64,000 bases of DNA from Promethearchaeia archaeon (GTDB taxonomy: Archaea; Asgardarchaeota; Lokiarchaeia; Sigyniarchaeales; SOKP01). Position 1 is the first letter of the stretch. Every line of letters begins with the position of its first letter. The position numbers were made by a program, and so were the translations under genes. The DNA lies in NCBI GenBank assembly GCA_029856045.1, contig JAHQWG010000016.1, positions 160,001-224,000 on the forward strand, written 5' to 3'. The notes beneath the pieces were generated by a model. That model was given only the letters and a program-made list of their open reading frames with translations. It was not told the origin of the DNA and did not search any database. Shown here in pieces: positions 41,321 to 51,656 of the stretch.

Positions 41321-42622
41321 TTGGATATGGCACAAAAAAATATATATGAATATGATGCAAAAAAACTTATAGCGAGTCAATTACCTAATTATTTTCCCGA
41401 ATTTAATTACCATGAAAAATTAGCGGTAATTACTCCTGAGAAATTGGCTAATTTTGATAGATTTGTAGCAGAAAATCCATGGTTAAAAACAGATAAATTA
41501 GTGGCAAAACCAGACCAACTTTTTGGAAAGAGGGGTAAAGCTAATCTAATATTACTAGACGCTAATTTAGAACAATTAAAGAAATTTGCTGAAGAAAAAT
41601 TAGATCAGCAAATCATAATAGGAAATGTTAAAGGTGTTCTCAATCGTTTATTAATAGAACCATACATTCCCCATGAAGCTGAATACTATATATCAATAAC
41701 ATCTGATCGGTATAATGATATAATTCATTTTAGTTTTGAAGGAGGTATTTTTGTAGAAGAAAACTGGGATAAAGTAATTCATATTTCAATTCCATTTGAG
41801 AAAAATATCGAATCTTTCGATTTGGAAACAAAACTTCCTAATTTAGGAAAATTTAATGATGTATTAATTCCTTTTATTAAAGGTCTTTTTCAAGTTTATT
41901 GTGCTCAAGATTTTGCTTTTTTAGAAATTAATCCTTTTGCAATTACTGAGGATAAAAAAATTGTTCCGCTAGATTTAAAAGCTAGATTAGATGATACTGC
42001 TGCATTCTTACATATGGATACTTGGGGGAATCCAAATAACCCAATTGAATTTCCAATTGGTATTGGGCAAAAATTGGCAAAAGAAGAAGCTCTTATTAAG
42101 GATTTAGATGAAAAAACAGGTGCTTCTCTTAAATTTCAGATTTTAAATAGAGATGGACAAATTTGGACTATGGTGGCAGGTGGGGGTGCATCAGTTGTAT
42201 ATACGGATACTATAGTTGATCTAGGATATGGAGATGATTTAGGTAATTATGGTGAATATTCTGGCAATCCTTCTCGTGAGCACACTGAAATTTATGCTCA
42301 AAATATAATTGATCTTATTTCAACCAACCCAGATCCCCAAGGAAGAGAGAAATATCTTATTATTGGTGGTGGAATTGCTAATTTTACAGATGTTAAGGCA
42401 ACCTTTACTGGAATTGTTAGCGCAATTAGAAAATCTGCTAATAAATTAAAAAATGCAAAAGTTAAAATATTTGTTCGTAGGGGTGGTCCTAATGAAAAAC
42501 AAGGTCTAGAACTCATGAAGCAAGTGGGAAAAGAAACTGGCGTTCCGATTGAAGTTTACGACCGATACACACATATGACTCGAGTTGTATCAATTGCACT
42601 TAATAAAAATTTGAAGAGGTAA
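41321..42622 (+). CDS. aclB: ATP-citrate lyase, ATP-grasp (beta) subunit
   Basis: KPDQLFGKRGK, LEINP, WTMVAGGGASVVYTD, NYGEYSG, GGGIANFT, RRGGPN. Confidence 0.95.
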   Translation: MDMAQKNIYEYDAKKLIASQLPNYFPEFNYHEKLAVITPEKLANFDRFVAENPWLKTDKLVAKPDQLFGKRGKANLILLDANLEQLKKFAEEKLDQQIIIGNVKGVLNRLLIEPYIPHEAEYYISITSDRYNDIIHFSFEGGIFVEENWDKVIHISIPFEKNIESFDLETKLPNLGKFNDVLIPFIKGLFQVYCAQDFAFLEINPFAITEDKKIVPLDLKARLDDTAAFLHMDTWGNPNNPIEFPIGIGQKLAKEEALIKDLDEKTGASLKFQILNRDGQIWTMVAGGGASVVYTDTIVDLGYGDDLGNYGEYSGNPSREHTEIYAQNIIDLISTNPDPQGREKYLIIGGGIANFTDVKATFTGIVSAIRKSANKLKNAKVKIFVRRGGPNEKQGLELMKQVGKETGVPIEVYDRYTHMTRVVSIALNKNLKR

Positions 42623-42626
42623 TAAA

Positions 42627-44462
42627 ATGGAAAGTTATAAACTTTTTAATAAAAATACTCAAGCAATTATTTATGGTTTTCAAACAAGACCCGTCCAGCG
42701 CATGCTTGATTTTGATTTTGTTTGTAAAAGAAAAAAACCATCAGTTGCCGCAATAATTAGACCAACTCAGACGACAGCCATAGACTATCATAAAGTCTTT
42801 TGGGGCAATAAAGAAATTGTTATCCCCATTTATAAAACACTAGCATTAGCAACTAAAAAGCATCCAATAGCCGATGTGATGATCAATTTCTCTTCTTTTA
42901 GATCATCTTATCCCACTAGCAAGGAAGCTCTTGAGTCAGATACAATAAGAACAGTTGTTATAATTGCTGAAGGTATTCCAGAAAGACAAAGCCGCGATTT
43001 AATTAGAATCGCACGTGAAAGAAGTAAATTTATTATAGGTCCTGCAACAGTAGGTGGAATAGTAGCTGGTAATTTCAAAATTGGAAATACTGCTGGGACC
43101 CTTGAAAATATAATTCTTTCAAAACTCTATCGCCCAGGTTCAATTGGTTTTGTTTCTAAATCAGGTGGTATGAGTAATGAAATGAATTTTATGATTTCTC
43201 AATGCACTGATGGTATCTATGAAGGTATAGCTATAGGTGGTGACCGTTATCCGGGTTCGCGTTTAATAGATCACCTTTTACGTTATGAAACCAATCCCAA
43301 AATTAAAATGTTGGTAGCACTAGGAGAAATAGGAGGAACAGATGAGTATGCAATTGTAGAAGCATTGAAAAATGGATCTATTAAGAAACCATTGGTCATA
43401 TGGGTAACTGGGACCGCTGCAAAAATTTTACCTCAAGGATTACAATTTGGTCATGCCGGTGCTATGGCTGGAAGCGAGAAAGAAACTGCTGACGCGAAAA
43501 ACCAAGCTCTTAGAGAAGCTGGAGCAATTGTTCCTGATTCTTATGAAGATTTAGATAAAAAAATTAAAGAAACATTTGAAAAATTAAAAAAAGAAGGAAA
43601 AATCGTGCCGTTTGATGAATTTGAACCACCTAAAGTTCCAATGGACTTTTCCGAAGCCCAGCGTTTAGGCTTAGTAAGAAGACCTACAAACGTTATTGTT
43701 ACAATTTCGGACGATCGGGGTGATGTTCCCACTTTTGCTGGTGTAGGATTAGATAAAATTATTAGAGAAAATAAATCAATTGGATATGTAATTGGTCTTT
43801 TATGGTTTAAAAGAGAATTACCAGAATTTGCTCAACAATTTATTGAAATAGTAATTAAATTAACTGCAGATCACGGTCCAGCTGTAAGTGGGGCACATAA
43901 TGCGATTATCACTGCTCGAGCGGGTAAGGATCTTATGTCTTCACTTGCTTCTGGTATATTAACGATTGGACCTCGCTTCGGCGGTGCTATCTCGAACGCA
44001 GCGAAATATTTTAGAGAAGCTTTACAGAAAAGAATGTCTCCCTTAGAATTTATTAATTATATGAAAAATACGGCAAAAATAAATATACCAGGGATAGGTC
44101 ATAGAATTAAATCCGTTCAAAATCCCGATGTACGTGTTCAACTACTTAAAGAATTTGTATTTAAAAATTTCTCTAAACACCCACATCTTGATTATGCTTT
44201 AGATGTAGAAAAAATTACCACTTCAAAGAAAAATAATCTCATTTTAAATGTTGATGGATGTATTGGTATCTGTTTCTTAGACCTTCTTGAAAATTTAGAT
44301 TTTACTACTGAAGAAATTGAGGATGTAATATATAGTGAGACTTTAAATGGTCTTTTTGTCCTTGGAAGATCTATTGGTATGATGGGACATGTTTTCGATC
44401 AGAAACGTCAGCGAGCTGGGCTTTTTAGGGAACCTTGGGACCAAATATTATTCACAGATTAG
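42627..44462 (+). CDS. aclA: ATP-citrate lyase alpha subunit (with citryl-CoA lyase domain)
   Basis: QRMLDFD, GPATVGG, phospho-His QFGHAGA, ADHGPAVSGAHN, GIGHRIKS, LNVDG. Confidence 0.95.
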   Translation: MESYKLFNKNTQAIIYGFQTRPVQRMLDFDFVCKRKKPSVAAIIRPTQTTAIDYHKVFWGNKEIVIPIYKTLALATKKHPIADVMINFSSFRSSYPTSKEALESDTIRTVVIIAEGIPERQSRDLIRIARERSKFIIGPATVGGIVAGNFKIGNTAGTLENIILSKLYRPGSIGFVSKSGGMSNEMNFMISQCTDGIYEGIAIGGDRYPGSRLIDHLLRYETNPKIKMLVALGEIGGTDEYAIVEALKNGSIKKPLVIWVTGTAAKILPQGLQFGHAGAMAGSEKETADAKNQALREAGAIVPDSYEDLDKKIKETFEKLKKEGKIVPFDEFEPPKVPMDFSEAQRLGLVRRPTNVIVTISDDRGDVPTFAGVGLDKIIRENKSIGYVIGLLWFKRELPEFAQQFIEIVIKLTADHGPAVSGAHNAIITARAGKDLMSSLASGILTIGPRFGGAISNAAKYFREALQKRMSPLEFINYMKNTAKINIPGIGHRIKSVQNPDVRVQLLKEFVFKNFSKHPHLDYALDVEKITTSKKNNLILNVDGCIGICFLDLLENLDFTTEEIEDVIYSETLNGLFVLGRSIGMMGHVFDQKRQRAGLFREPWDQILFTD

Positions 44463-44578
44463 AATTATATTTTTATATATTTAATGCAAAGTTATTAAAA
44501 TTTCATTAAAATTGGAAATATCTTAAGTAAAAAATAAAAAAAAATATTAAATAAAATGATATCTGAGGTTTAAAGATA

Positions 44579-45769
44579 ATGGATGAAATTATAGAAAAAG
44601 CAAAAGAACATTTCGCAAAAATCGTAAAAGAGCAGTTAGAAAGAGTAGAAAAGTTAAAAAGTGAAAAAGATTGGATTGATTATTCAAAGTTAAAACCCAT
44701 TATTATAGGGATTGTTGGTGGAGATGGTATTGGTCCTGAAATTTCAAAGCATGCTAAAAAAATATTTGAATTTCTTTTACAAGACGAATTAAAAGAAGGA
44801 AAAGTTGAATTGAGAGAAATTGAAGGATTAACCATTGAAAATAGAGCAAAAGTAATGAAGGCAATACCAGAAGATATTCTTGAAGAAATTAAAAAATGTC
44901 ATGTTCTGTTAAAAGGTCCTACAACGACTCCTAGAAAGGGTGATAAATGGCCTAACATCGAAAGTGCTAATGTATCAATGCGCCGTGAATTAGATCTTTT
45001 TGCAAATGTACGCCCCGTGAAAGTTCCCGAACTTGGTATTGATTGGATGTTTTTCCGAGAAAATACTGAAGGAGCTTATGTTTTGGGCTCCAAAGGGGTA
45101 AACATTACTGAAGATCTCTCATTTGATTTTAAAGTAATTACAACACAAGGAGCAGATCGTATAATCAGGCTAGCTTTTGATTATGCTAAGAAGAATAATA
45201 TTAATAGAGTCACAGTTGTAACTAAAGCTAATGTAGTAAAAGCAACTGACGGGAAATTTCTTGACATAGCTGAAAAAATTGCTAAGGAATATCCCGAAAT
45301 TGAATGGGACGATTGGTATATTGACATTATGACTGCAAAATTAATAGACCCCGCTCGTCAATCTCAATTTAAGATTTTAGTAGCTCCTAATCTATATGGG
45401 GACATTATTACCGATGAGGCTGCACAAATCCAGGGTGGCGTTGGAACGGCAGGTAGTGCTAATATAGGTAAGAGATATTCCATGTTCGAAGCAATTCATG
45501 GATCAGCTCCACGTATGGTTGAAGAAGGTCGCTTAAAATATGCTGATCCCTCAAGTCTAATAAAAGCTTCAGCATTATTACTTAATCATATAGGTTTCAT
45601 AGAAAAGGCGAAAAAATTAGAAATGGCACTTGATATATGCGCAACATATGAGAAGAAGTTAGAAATAACGGGAAGATCAAATGGTGCAACTGGGGAAGAT
45701 TTCTCAAAATATATAATGGAAACTCTCCAACATCCAAATTTAGAGGAAAAATGGAAAAGTTATCAATAG
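44579..45769 (+). CDS. Isocitrate/isopropylmalate dehydrogenase family (probably IDH)
   Basis: GDGIGPEI, KGPTTTP, RENTEG, KANV, PNLYGDI, EAIHGSAP; context is aconitase and ACL. Confidence 0.88.
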   Translation: MDEIIEKAKEHFAKIVKEQLERVEKLKSEKDWIDYSKLKPIIIGIVGGDGIGPEISKHAKKIFEFLLQDELKEGKVELREIEGLTIENRAKVMKAIPEDILEEIKKCHVLLKGPTTTPRKGDKWPNIESANVSMRRELDLFANVRPVKVPELGIDWMFFRENTEGAYVLGSKGVNITEDLSFDFKVITTQGADRIIRLAFDYAKKNNINRVTVVTKANVVKATDGKFLDIAEKIAKEYPEIEWDDWYIDIMTAKLIDPARQSQFKILVAPNLYGDIITDEAAQIQGGVGTAGSANIGKRYSMFEAIHGSAPRMVEEGRLKYADPSSLIKASALLLNHIGFIEKAKKLEMALDICATYEKKLEITGRSNGATGEDFSKYIMETLQHPNLEEKWKSYQ

Positions 45770-45879
45770 ATTAAGAAATATTTCAAGAATTATTATATTT
45801 TAAAAAATGTTTTTTTAATGAAAGTACTCTCTATTTAAAAATTTAAATATTTACGATAAGAAGAACAAGGAAAACAAAA

Positions 45880-47238
45880 ATGCCTAAAAAAAAAATAATT
45901 ATAATAGGAGCACTTGGAATGGATTTTCATGTTTTTAACACTATCTTTAAAGATAATGAGGAATATGAGGTGATTGCATTTACAATTGCGGGAGAACAGA
46001 ATATTGGAACAATTGAAGATGCAGAGAGAAAATATCCAGCTGAACTTGCAGGGAAATTATATCCTAATGGAATTCTAATGGTAACAGAGGCAAAATTGGA
46101 AGAATTAATTAAAAAACATAAAGTAGATGAGGTGGTTTTTGCATATTCTGATGTCTCACATGAAGAAGTCATGCATAAAGCTTCACGAGTTCTTGCTTCA
46201 GGAGGAGATTATCGTTTAATTTCAGGTAGAAATACTATGATTAAAGCTAATAAACCAATTATTTCAATTTGTGCAGTAAGGACTGGATGTGGAAAAAGTC
46301 AAGTATCTAGGGCTGTATATCGCTATTTAAAAAATAGAGGTTATAAAGTTGTTGCGATCCGCGAACCAATGCCTTATGGAAATTTAATTGAACAAAATGT
46401 AATGCGTTTTGAAACTTATGAGGACTTGGATAAATTTAAATGCACTATTGAAGAGCGAGAAGAATATGAACCGTATATTAAACAAAGTTTGGTAATTTAT
46501 TCTGGTGTTGATTATGAGAAAATTGTTCGGGAAGCAGAAAAAGAAGCAGATATAATTATTTTCGATGGAGGTAATAACGAAATATCTTTCTATATTCCAG
46601 ATTTACTTTTTGTTGTTGTAGATCCGCTAAGACCCGGCCATGAAACGAAATATTATCCAGGGGAAGTAAACGCACGGATGGCAGATGCATTTGTTATTAA
46701 CAAAATGAATAGTGCAAAAATAGAAGATGTTAAAAAAGTTGAGAAAAATCTCCAAGATTTAAATCCTGATGCGAAAAAGATTTTTACAAATTCTGTTGTT
46801 ATATTAGAAAATTCTTATAACTTAAAAGGTAAAAAAGTTATTGTAGTCGAAGATGGTCCCACTCTGACTCATGGAGGTATGTCTTATGGAGCAGGGTATG
46901 TCGCGGCAAAAAATAAAGGAGCTGTTATTATTGACCCAAAACCTTATCTCACGGGTACATTGATAGAAATTTTTAAAGAATTCCCCCAAATTAAAGAAAT
47001 TGTGCCTGCAATGGGATATAATGATCAACAAATAAAAGATATGGAAGAAACGCTTAATAAATCAAAATGTGATCTTATTATTAATGGGAGCCCAATTGAT
47101 CTTGCGAAGTTAATTAATAGTAACAAACCAATAGTTAGAGTCACTTATGATATAGAAGCGTTAAGTAGTCCTACAATTGAGGAAGTTCTTGATGAATTCA
47201 TTCAAAAGTTATTAAAAAAACAAAACGGTAAAAATTAA
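45880..47238 (+). CDS. COG2403 P-loop protein, probable arginine synthetase (ArcE-like)
   Basis: DFHVFN, AVRTGCGKSQ, EEREEYE, DGGNNE, EDGPTLTHGGM; clustered with OTC and carbamate kinase. Confidence 0.8.
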   Translation: MPKKKIIIIGALGMDFHVFNTIFKDNEEYEVIAFTIAGEQNIGTIEDAERKYPAELAGKLYPNGILMVTEAKLEELIKKHKVDEVVFAYSDVSHEEVMHKASRVLASGGDYRLISGRNTMIKANKPIISICAVRTGCGKSQVSRAVYRYLKNRGYKVVAIREPMPYGNLIEQNVMRFETYEDLDKFKCTIEEREEYEPYIKQSLVIYSGVDYEKIVREAEKEADIIIFDGGNNEISFYIPDLLFVVVDPLRPGHETKYYPGEVNARMADAFVINKMNSAKIEDVKKVEKNLQDLNPDAKKIFTNSVVILENSYNLKGKKVIVVEDGPTLTHGGMSYGAGYVAAKNKGAVIIDPKPYLTGTLIEIFKEFPQIKEIVPAMGYNDQQIKDMEETLNKSKCDLIINGSPIDLAKLINSNKPIVRVTYDIEALSSPTIEEVLDEFIQKLLKKQNGKN

Positions 47239-47337
47239 AAAAAAAGAGAAAGAACAGAATTCAAATAGAAGTCCTATTGTTAATTAATAATTATTATTTT
47301 ATATTTTTTATAAGACAAATTTGAAGAAAATAATAGA

Positions 47338-49527
47338 ATGAAAATGTTGAATTTAGCAGAAAAAAAATATGAATTAAAAAAAATAGCAAGAGGTTATACA
47401 AATCGGACCCTTTATATCAATTTAACAAAAAATGAAATCTTAATTAAACCAGTTACCAATGAAATGAAAGATAAATTTATTGGTGGCAAAGGATTCGATC
47501 TCTGGCTTATGTGGAATGCTCTACCTAAAGATCGAATTGTAAAATGGGATGATCCAGAAAATGAAATTTGTATCTCATCTGGTCCGCTTGGAGGTAATAC
47601 ATTTTACCCAGGTTCTGGAAAATCAATAGTCACAACAATATCTCCATTAACAGGAATAATAATTGATAGTAATGTTGGTGGTTATTTTGGGCCATATTTG
47701 AAATTTTCTGGATTTGATGCACTGGAAATTCATGGAAAAGCAAAACAAGAAATTATAATTTTTATTGATGGAATAAATGGAATTATTCGCATTGAAGAAA
47801 TAAATGATTTTGAAAATCTTTCAAATGACTCTCATTTACTCACGCAACAATTAACGGAAAAATATGCAAAAGATGAAAATGAAAAAATTCAAATTTCTGT
47901 TGTAAGTACAGGTTCAGCTTCTAAACATACTAAATGGGGAATGTTAAATTTCTCTTGGTATAGTCGCAAACGTAAATGGGCTTCATGCAAACAAGCAGGA
48001 CGCGGTGGAGTTGGAACTGTCTTTGCTGATAAAAATCTCAAAGCTTTAATTTGTCGGTCTCCCAAAGTTGATTTAGAAATAAATAACCCAGCAGATTTTG
48101 ATACAGCTCGTAAGATCGGTAAAAAACATAACCAAGAGATTATTAAATATGATCCAATACAAAATGAAATGAGATCTGTGGGAACAGGACATCTCCCAGA
48201 GATCATGAATGTATATGATCTTCTCCCAACTGAAAATTTTCGTTTTGGGTCTCATAAGGTAATAAAAGATAATAAAATTCCTCTCAATCGAGAAGCATGG
48301 CGTAAAATTTTTTCTGGGGAATCTGGTAGTGATGGTTGTTGGTTTGGTTGTACACTCAGTTGTTCTCACTATTGTAGGGAACATAAAGTAATAACTGGTC
48401 CTTATAAAGATCAAAAAGTTATTGTAGATGGTCCGGATTATGAAACTATTGCAGGTTGTGGTCCAAATTGGGGTGTTTGGGACCCCAAATGGTTATTAGA
48501 AACAAATTTCTACTGTGATACATACGGTCTCGATACAATCTCTGTAGGAACAGGAATTGCTTTTGTTATGGAATGTTATGAAGCTGGAATTTTAAATAAA
48601 GAAATCACTAGTGGACTAGAACTTAATTTTGGTAATGCTTTTGCTGCTTTAGAACTAATCCATCAAATGGCTGAAGGGAAAGGGTTTGGTTTAATTGTAG
48701 GACAAGGTATTCATATAATGAAAAACATTTTTGCTGAGAAATATGGAGCAGATCCTAAATTTCTTCATGATATTGGTATGGAACATAAAGGTTTAGAATT
48801 CTCTGAATATGTTACCAAAGAATCATTGGCTCAACAAGGAGGATATGGACTTACTCTAAAAGGACCGCAACATGATGAGGCATGGTTAATATTTGAAGAT
48901 ATGGTTAGAAAATCTATTCCAACATTTGAAGACAAGGCTAAAGCATTATGTTGGTTTCCTTTCTGGAGAACATGGTTCTCATTAAATGGACTCTGTAAAT
49001 TACCATGGAATGATGTTCAACCTCCAAATAATGTTGAATATCCTGTTAGAGACCCAAAAACTAAAGAACTTCTCCGTGCAAGGATTCCAAACCATGTAGA
49101 GTGGTATTCACAATATTTCTCAGCTGTAACTGGTCGCAAATCTACTCCTAAGGATCTTATTAGAATGTCTGAGCGAGTGTATAACTTTCAAAGAATTTTT
49201 AATATCCGACAAGGTAAGGGTCTTCGAGAACATGATTCCAATTTACCCTATAGAGCTGTTGGTCCTGTAACGCCTACTGAATATGAGAGTCGTTTAGAGA
49301 GATATGATGATCAAATTAAAGATATTGGAATTAATATTAAGGGAAAAACAACAGAGGAAAAAATTAGGATTCTACGGGAGTATCGAGAAAAACAATATGA
49401 AATGCTTCAAGATGCTGTTTATAAACATCGTGGCTGGAATAATAAGGGTTGTCCAACGATTGAAAAAGCCAAAGAATTAGGAATTGCATTTGATGATGTT
49501 ATTTCTGTGATTCTTCCCTACCAATAA
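47338..49527 (+). CDS. aor: Tungsten aldehyde:ferredoxin oxidoreductase family
   Basis: SPLTG...DSNVGGYFG, QAGRGGVG, CWFGCTLSC, GPDYET, DTYGLDTIS, GLCKLPW. Confidence 0.92.
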   Translation: MKMLNLAEKKYELKKIARGYTNRTLYINLTKNEILIKPVTNEMKDKFIGGKGFDLWLMWNALPKDRIVKWDDPENEICISSGPLGGNTFYPGSGKSIVTTISPLTGIIIDSNVGGYFGPYLKFSGFDALEIHGKAKQEIIIFIDGINGIIRIEEINDFENLSNDSHLLTQQLTEKYAKDENEKIQISVVSTGSASKHTKWGMLNFSWYSRKRKWASCKQAGRGGVGTVFADKNLKALICRSPKVDLEINNPADFDTARKIGKKHNQEIIKYDPIQNEMRSVGTGHLPEIMNVYDLLPTENFRFGSHKVIKDNKIPLNREAWRKIFSGESGSDGCWFGCTLSCSHYCREHKVITGPYKDQKVIVDGPDYETIAGCGPNWGVWDPKWLLETNFYCDTYGLDTISVGTGIAFVMECYEAGILNKEITSGLELNFGNAFAALELIHQMAEGKGFGLIVGQGIHIMKNIFAEKYGADPKFLHDIGMEHKGLEFSEYVTKESLAQQGGYGLTLKGPQHDEAWLIFEDMVRKSIPTFEDKAKALCWFPFWRTWFSLNGLCKLPWNDVQPPNNVEYPVRDPKTKELLRARIPNHVEWYSQYFSAVTGRKSTPKDLIRMSERVYNFQRIFNIRQGKGLREHDSNLPYRAVGPVTPTEYESRLERYDDQIKDIGINIKGKTTEEKIRILREYREKQYEMLQDAVYKHRGWNNKGCPTIEKAKELGIAFDDVISVILPYQ

Positions 49528-49565
49528 AATATATAGAATAAAAAATCTTATTAGAAAATTGAGTT

Positions 49566-51656
49566 TTGATGGAAAATATAACTAATCATCCCATCCTTAA
49601 GATACCTAAAAGAAAATTAGTTAATTTTAGTTTTAATGGAAAAAAAATAACGGGGTTTGAAGGAATGGTGATTTCCTCAGCTCTTTTTATGAATAAAATC
49701 AAAATTTTTGGTCATCATGCAAAAGATAACAGCCCTCAAGGTATTTTTTGTTCTAATGGGCAGTGTGCTCAATGCACAGTTATTGTCAATGGTAAACCTG
49801 TAAAATCTTGTATGACTCCACTTAATGATGGTATGATAATAGAAAGCTGTGAGGGTTTGCCGGAATTACCAGATGATGATAAACTGGTCTCAGTGGGAGA
49901 CCCACCAATAATAGAAACTCAATTGTTAATAATAGGTGCTGGACCTGCTGGTCTTTCAGCTTGTCAAATCCTTGGAGAAAAAGGGATTCAAGTAATTATA
50001 ATTGATGATAAAGACAGACCTGGTGGAAAATTAGTCCTTCAAACTCATAAATTTTTTGGCTCTCAAGAAGATGTATATGCAGGTAAACGAGGCATAGATA
50101 TTGCAGAAATTCTCAGTGAGGCAGTTCGCTCCTTATCTAATGTGGATATTTGGCTTAACAGTACTGCTTTAGCTGTTTTTAGCGATGGTTTAATTGGTAT
50201 CTTAAAAAATAATGAAGAATATGTTATAGTAAAACCAAAATATCTCTTAATTGCTACAGGAGCAAGAGAACAAATGCTAATATTTCCAGGTAATACCCTT
50301 CCAGGAGTATATGGTGCTGGTGCATTTCAGACCTTAGTTAATCGGGATTTAATTAAAGCTGCAGAACGTATCTTCATCGTAGGTGGCGGTAATGTGGGAT
50401 TAATTGCAGGATATCATGCACTCCAAGCTGGTATTGAAGTTATTGGTTTGATTGAAGCACTACCCCAATGTAGTGGATACAAGGTCCATGAAGATAAACT
50501 TAGATTTTTGGATGTTCCGATTTATACAAGTCATACTGTTTTATCAGCAAATGGAGATAATAAAGTAGAATCTATTACTATTGGACAAGTAGATAAAAAT
50601 TTTAATATACTTCCTGGAACCGAAATAACTTTTGCTGTTGATGCTATTTTAATTGCAGTTGGCTTAAACCCAGTAGATGAATTTTATCATAAAGCTAAGG
50701 AATATAAATTGAAAGTTTGGGTGGCTGGTGATGCTCAAGAGATAGCAGAGGCATCTGCAGCAATTTTTACGGGCAAAATTGAAGGAATTAAAATATTAAA
50801 GGAAATGGGACTTAATACAATAGATAATGTTGATGAACTTGAAGAAAAAGCAAGTATTATGAAATCAAAACCCCTTCCTCCTGTTCAATTAGATGTTCCA
50901 GATATAGAAGAAGGAATCTTTCCTGTTTTCCATTGCATTCAAGAAATCCCATGCAATCCTTGCACTTCTGTATGCCCTCAAAAGCAGATTGAAACGATTG
51001 ACGGTTCAATAATGCAATTACCATATTTTAAAGGGGAGAAAGAATGCACTGGTTGTGGACGATGTATAGCTGTATGCCCTGGTTTAGCAGTGACTTTAAT
51101 TGATTATCGTAAGGATAAAAACAATCCAATTGTTACTTTTCCATTTGAAATGACTACTGAAAAGTTAAAGATGGATCAAATAATTACAATAGTTGGTAAT
51201 CATGGCGAATTAGGCCAATTTAAAGTAATTAAATCTAGAATTATTAAAGATTTTCCACTCACTCAACTTGTATCCATCAAATTACCATCTAAAATTGCTA
51301 AACGTGCCGTGGGTATTAGATTACAACCATCAATTGTTAGAGAACCTTTAGAACTTTACTATAAACACCCTCTTGCTAATGATACCATTGTATGTCGATG
51401 TGAACGAGTAACGGTTGGTGAAATCAGAAAATGGATACGTAAAGGAATAACTGATTTTAATGAGCTTAAAGCTTTAACTCAAGTTGGAATGGGAGCATGT
51501 GGAGGCAAAACATGCACTCCTCTTATTTATCGCATCTTCAGTGAAGAAGGAGTATCTCTTGATGAAATTACCCCCGGAACATTACGTCCTTTATTAATAG
51601 AAGTCCCCATGGGTCTTTTTGCTCGAACAAAGGAGGAGGATAAATATCGAATATGA
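49566..51656 (+). CDS. Proline-dehydrogenase/sarcosine-oxidase alpha-like fusion (2Fe-2S, FAD/NAD domain, 2x4Fe-4S, BFD-like 2Fe-2S)
   Basis: FCSNGQCAQC, GAGPAG, GGGNVG, CNPCTSVCP, CTGCGRCIAVCP, CRCE...GMGACGG...C...RP. Confidence 0.85.
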   Translation: MMENITNHPILKIPKRKLVNFSFNGKKITGFEGMVISSALFMNKIKIFGHHAKDNSPQGIFCSNGQCAQCTVIVNGKPVKSCMTPLNDGMIIESCEGLPELPDDDKLVSVGDPPIIETQLLIIGAGPAGLSACQILGEKGIQVIIIDDKDRPGGKLVLQTHKFFGSQEDVYAGKRGIDIAEILSEAVRSLSNVDIWLNSTALAVFSDGLIGILKNNEEYVIVKPKYLLIATGAREQMLIFPGNTLPGVYGAGAFQTLVNRDLIKAAERIFIVGGGNVGLIAGYHALQAGIEVIGLIEALPQCSGYKVHEDKLRFLDVPIYTSHTVLSANGDNKVESITIGQVDKNFNILPGTEITFAVDAILIAVGLNPVDEFYHKAKEYKLKVWVAGDAQEIAEASAAIFTGKIEGIKILKEMGLNTIDNVDELEEKASIMKSKPLPPVQLDVPDIEEGIFPVFHCIQEIPCNPCTSVCPQKQIETIDGSIMQLPYFKGEKECTGCGRCIAVCPGLAVTLIDYRKDKNNPIVTFPFEMTTEKLKMDQIITIVGNHGELGQFKVIKSRIIKDFPLTQLVSIKLPSKIAKRAVGIRLQPSIVREPLELYYKHPLANDTIVCRCERVTVGEIRKWIRKGITDFNELKALTQVGMGACGGKTCTPLIYRIFSEEGVSLDEITPGTLRPLLIEVPMGLFARTKEEDKYRI

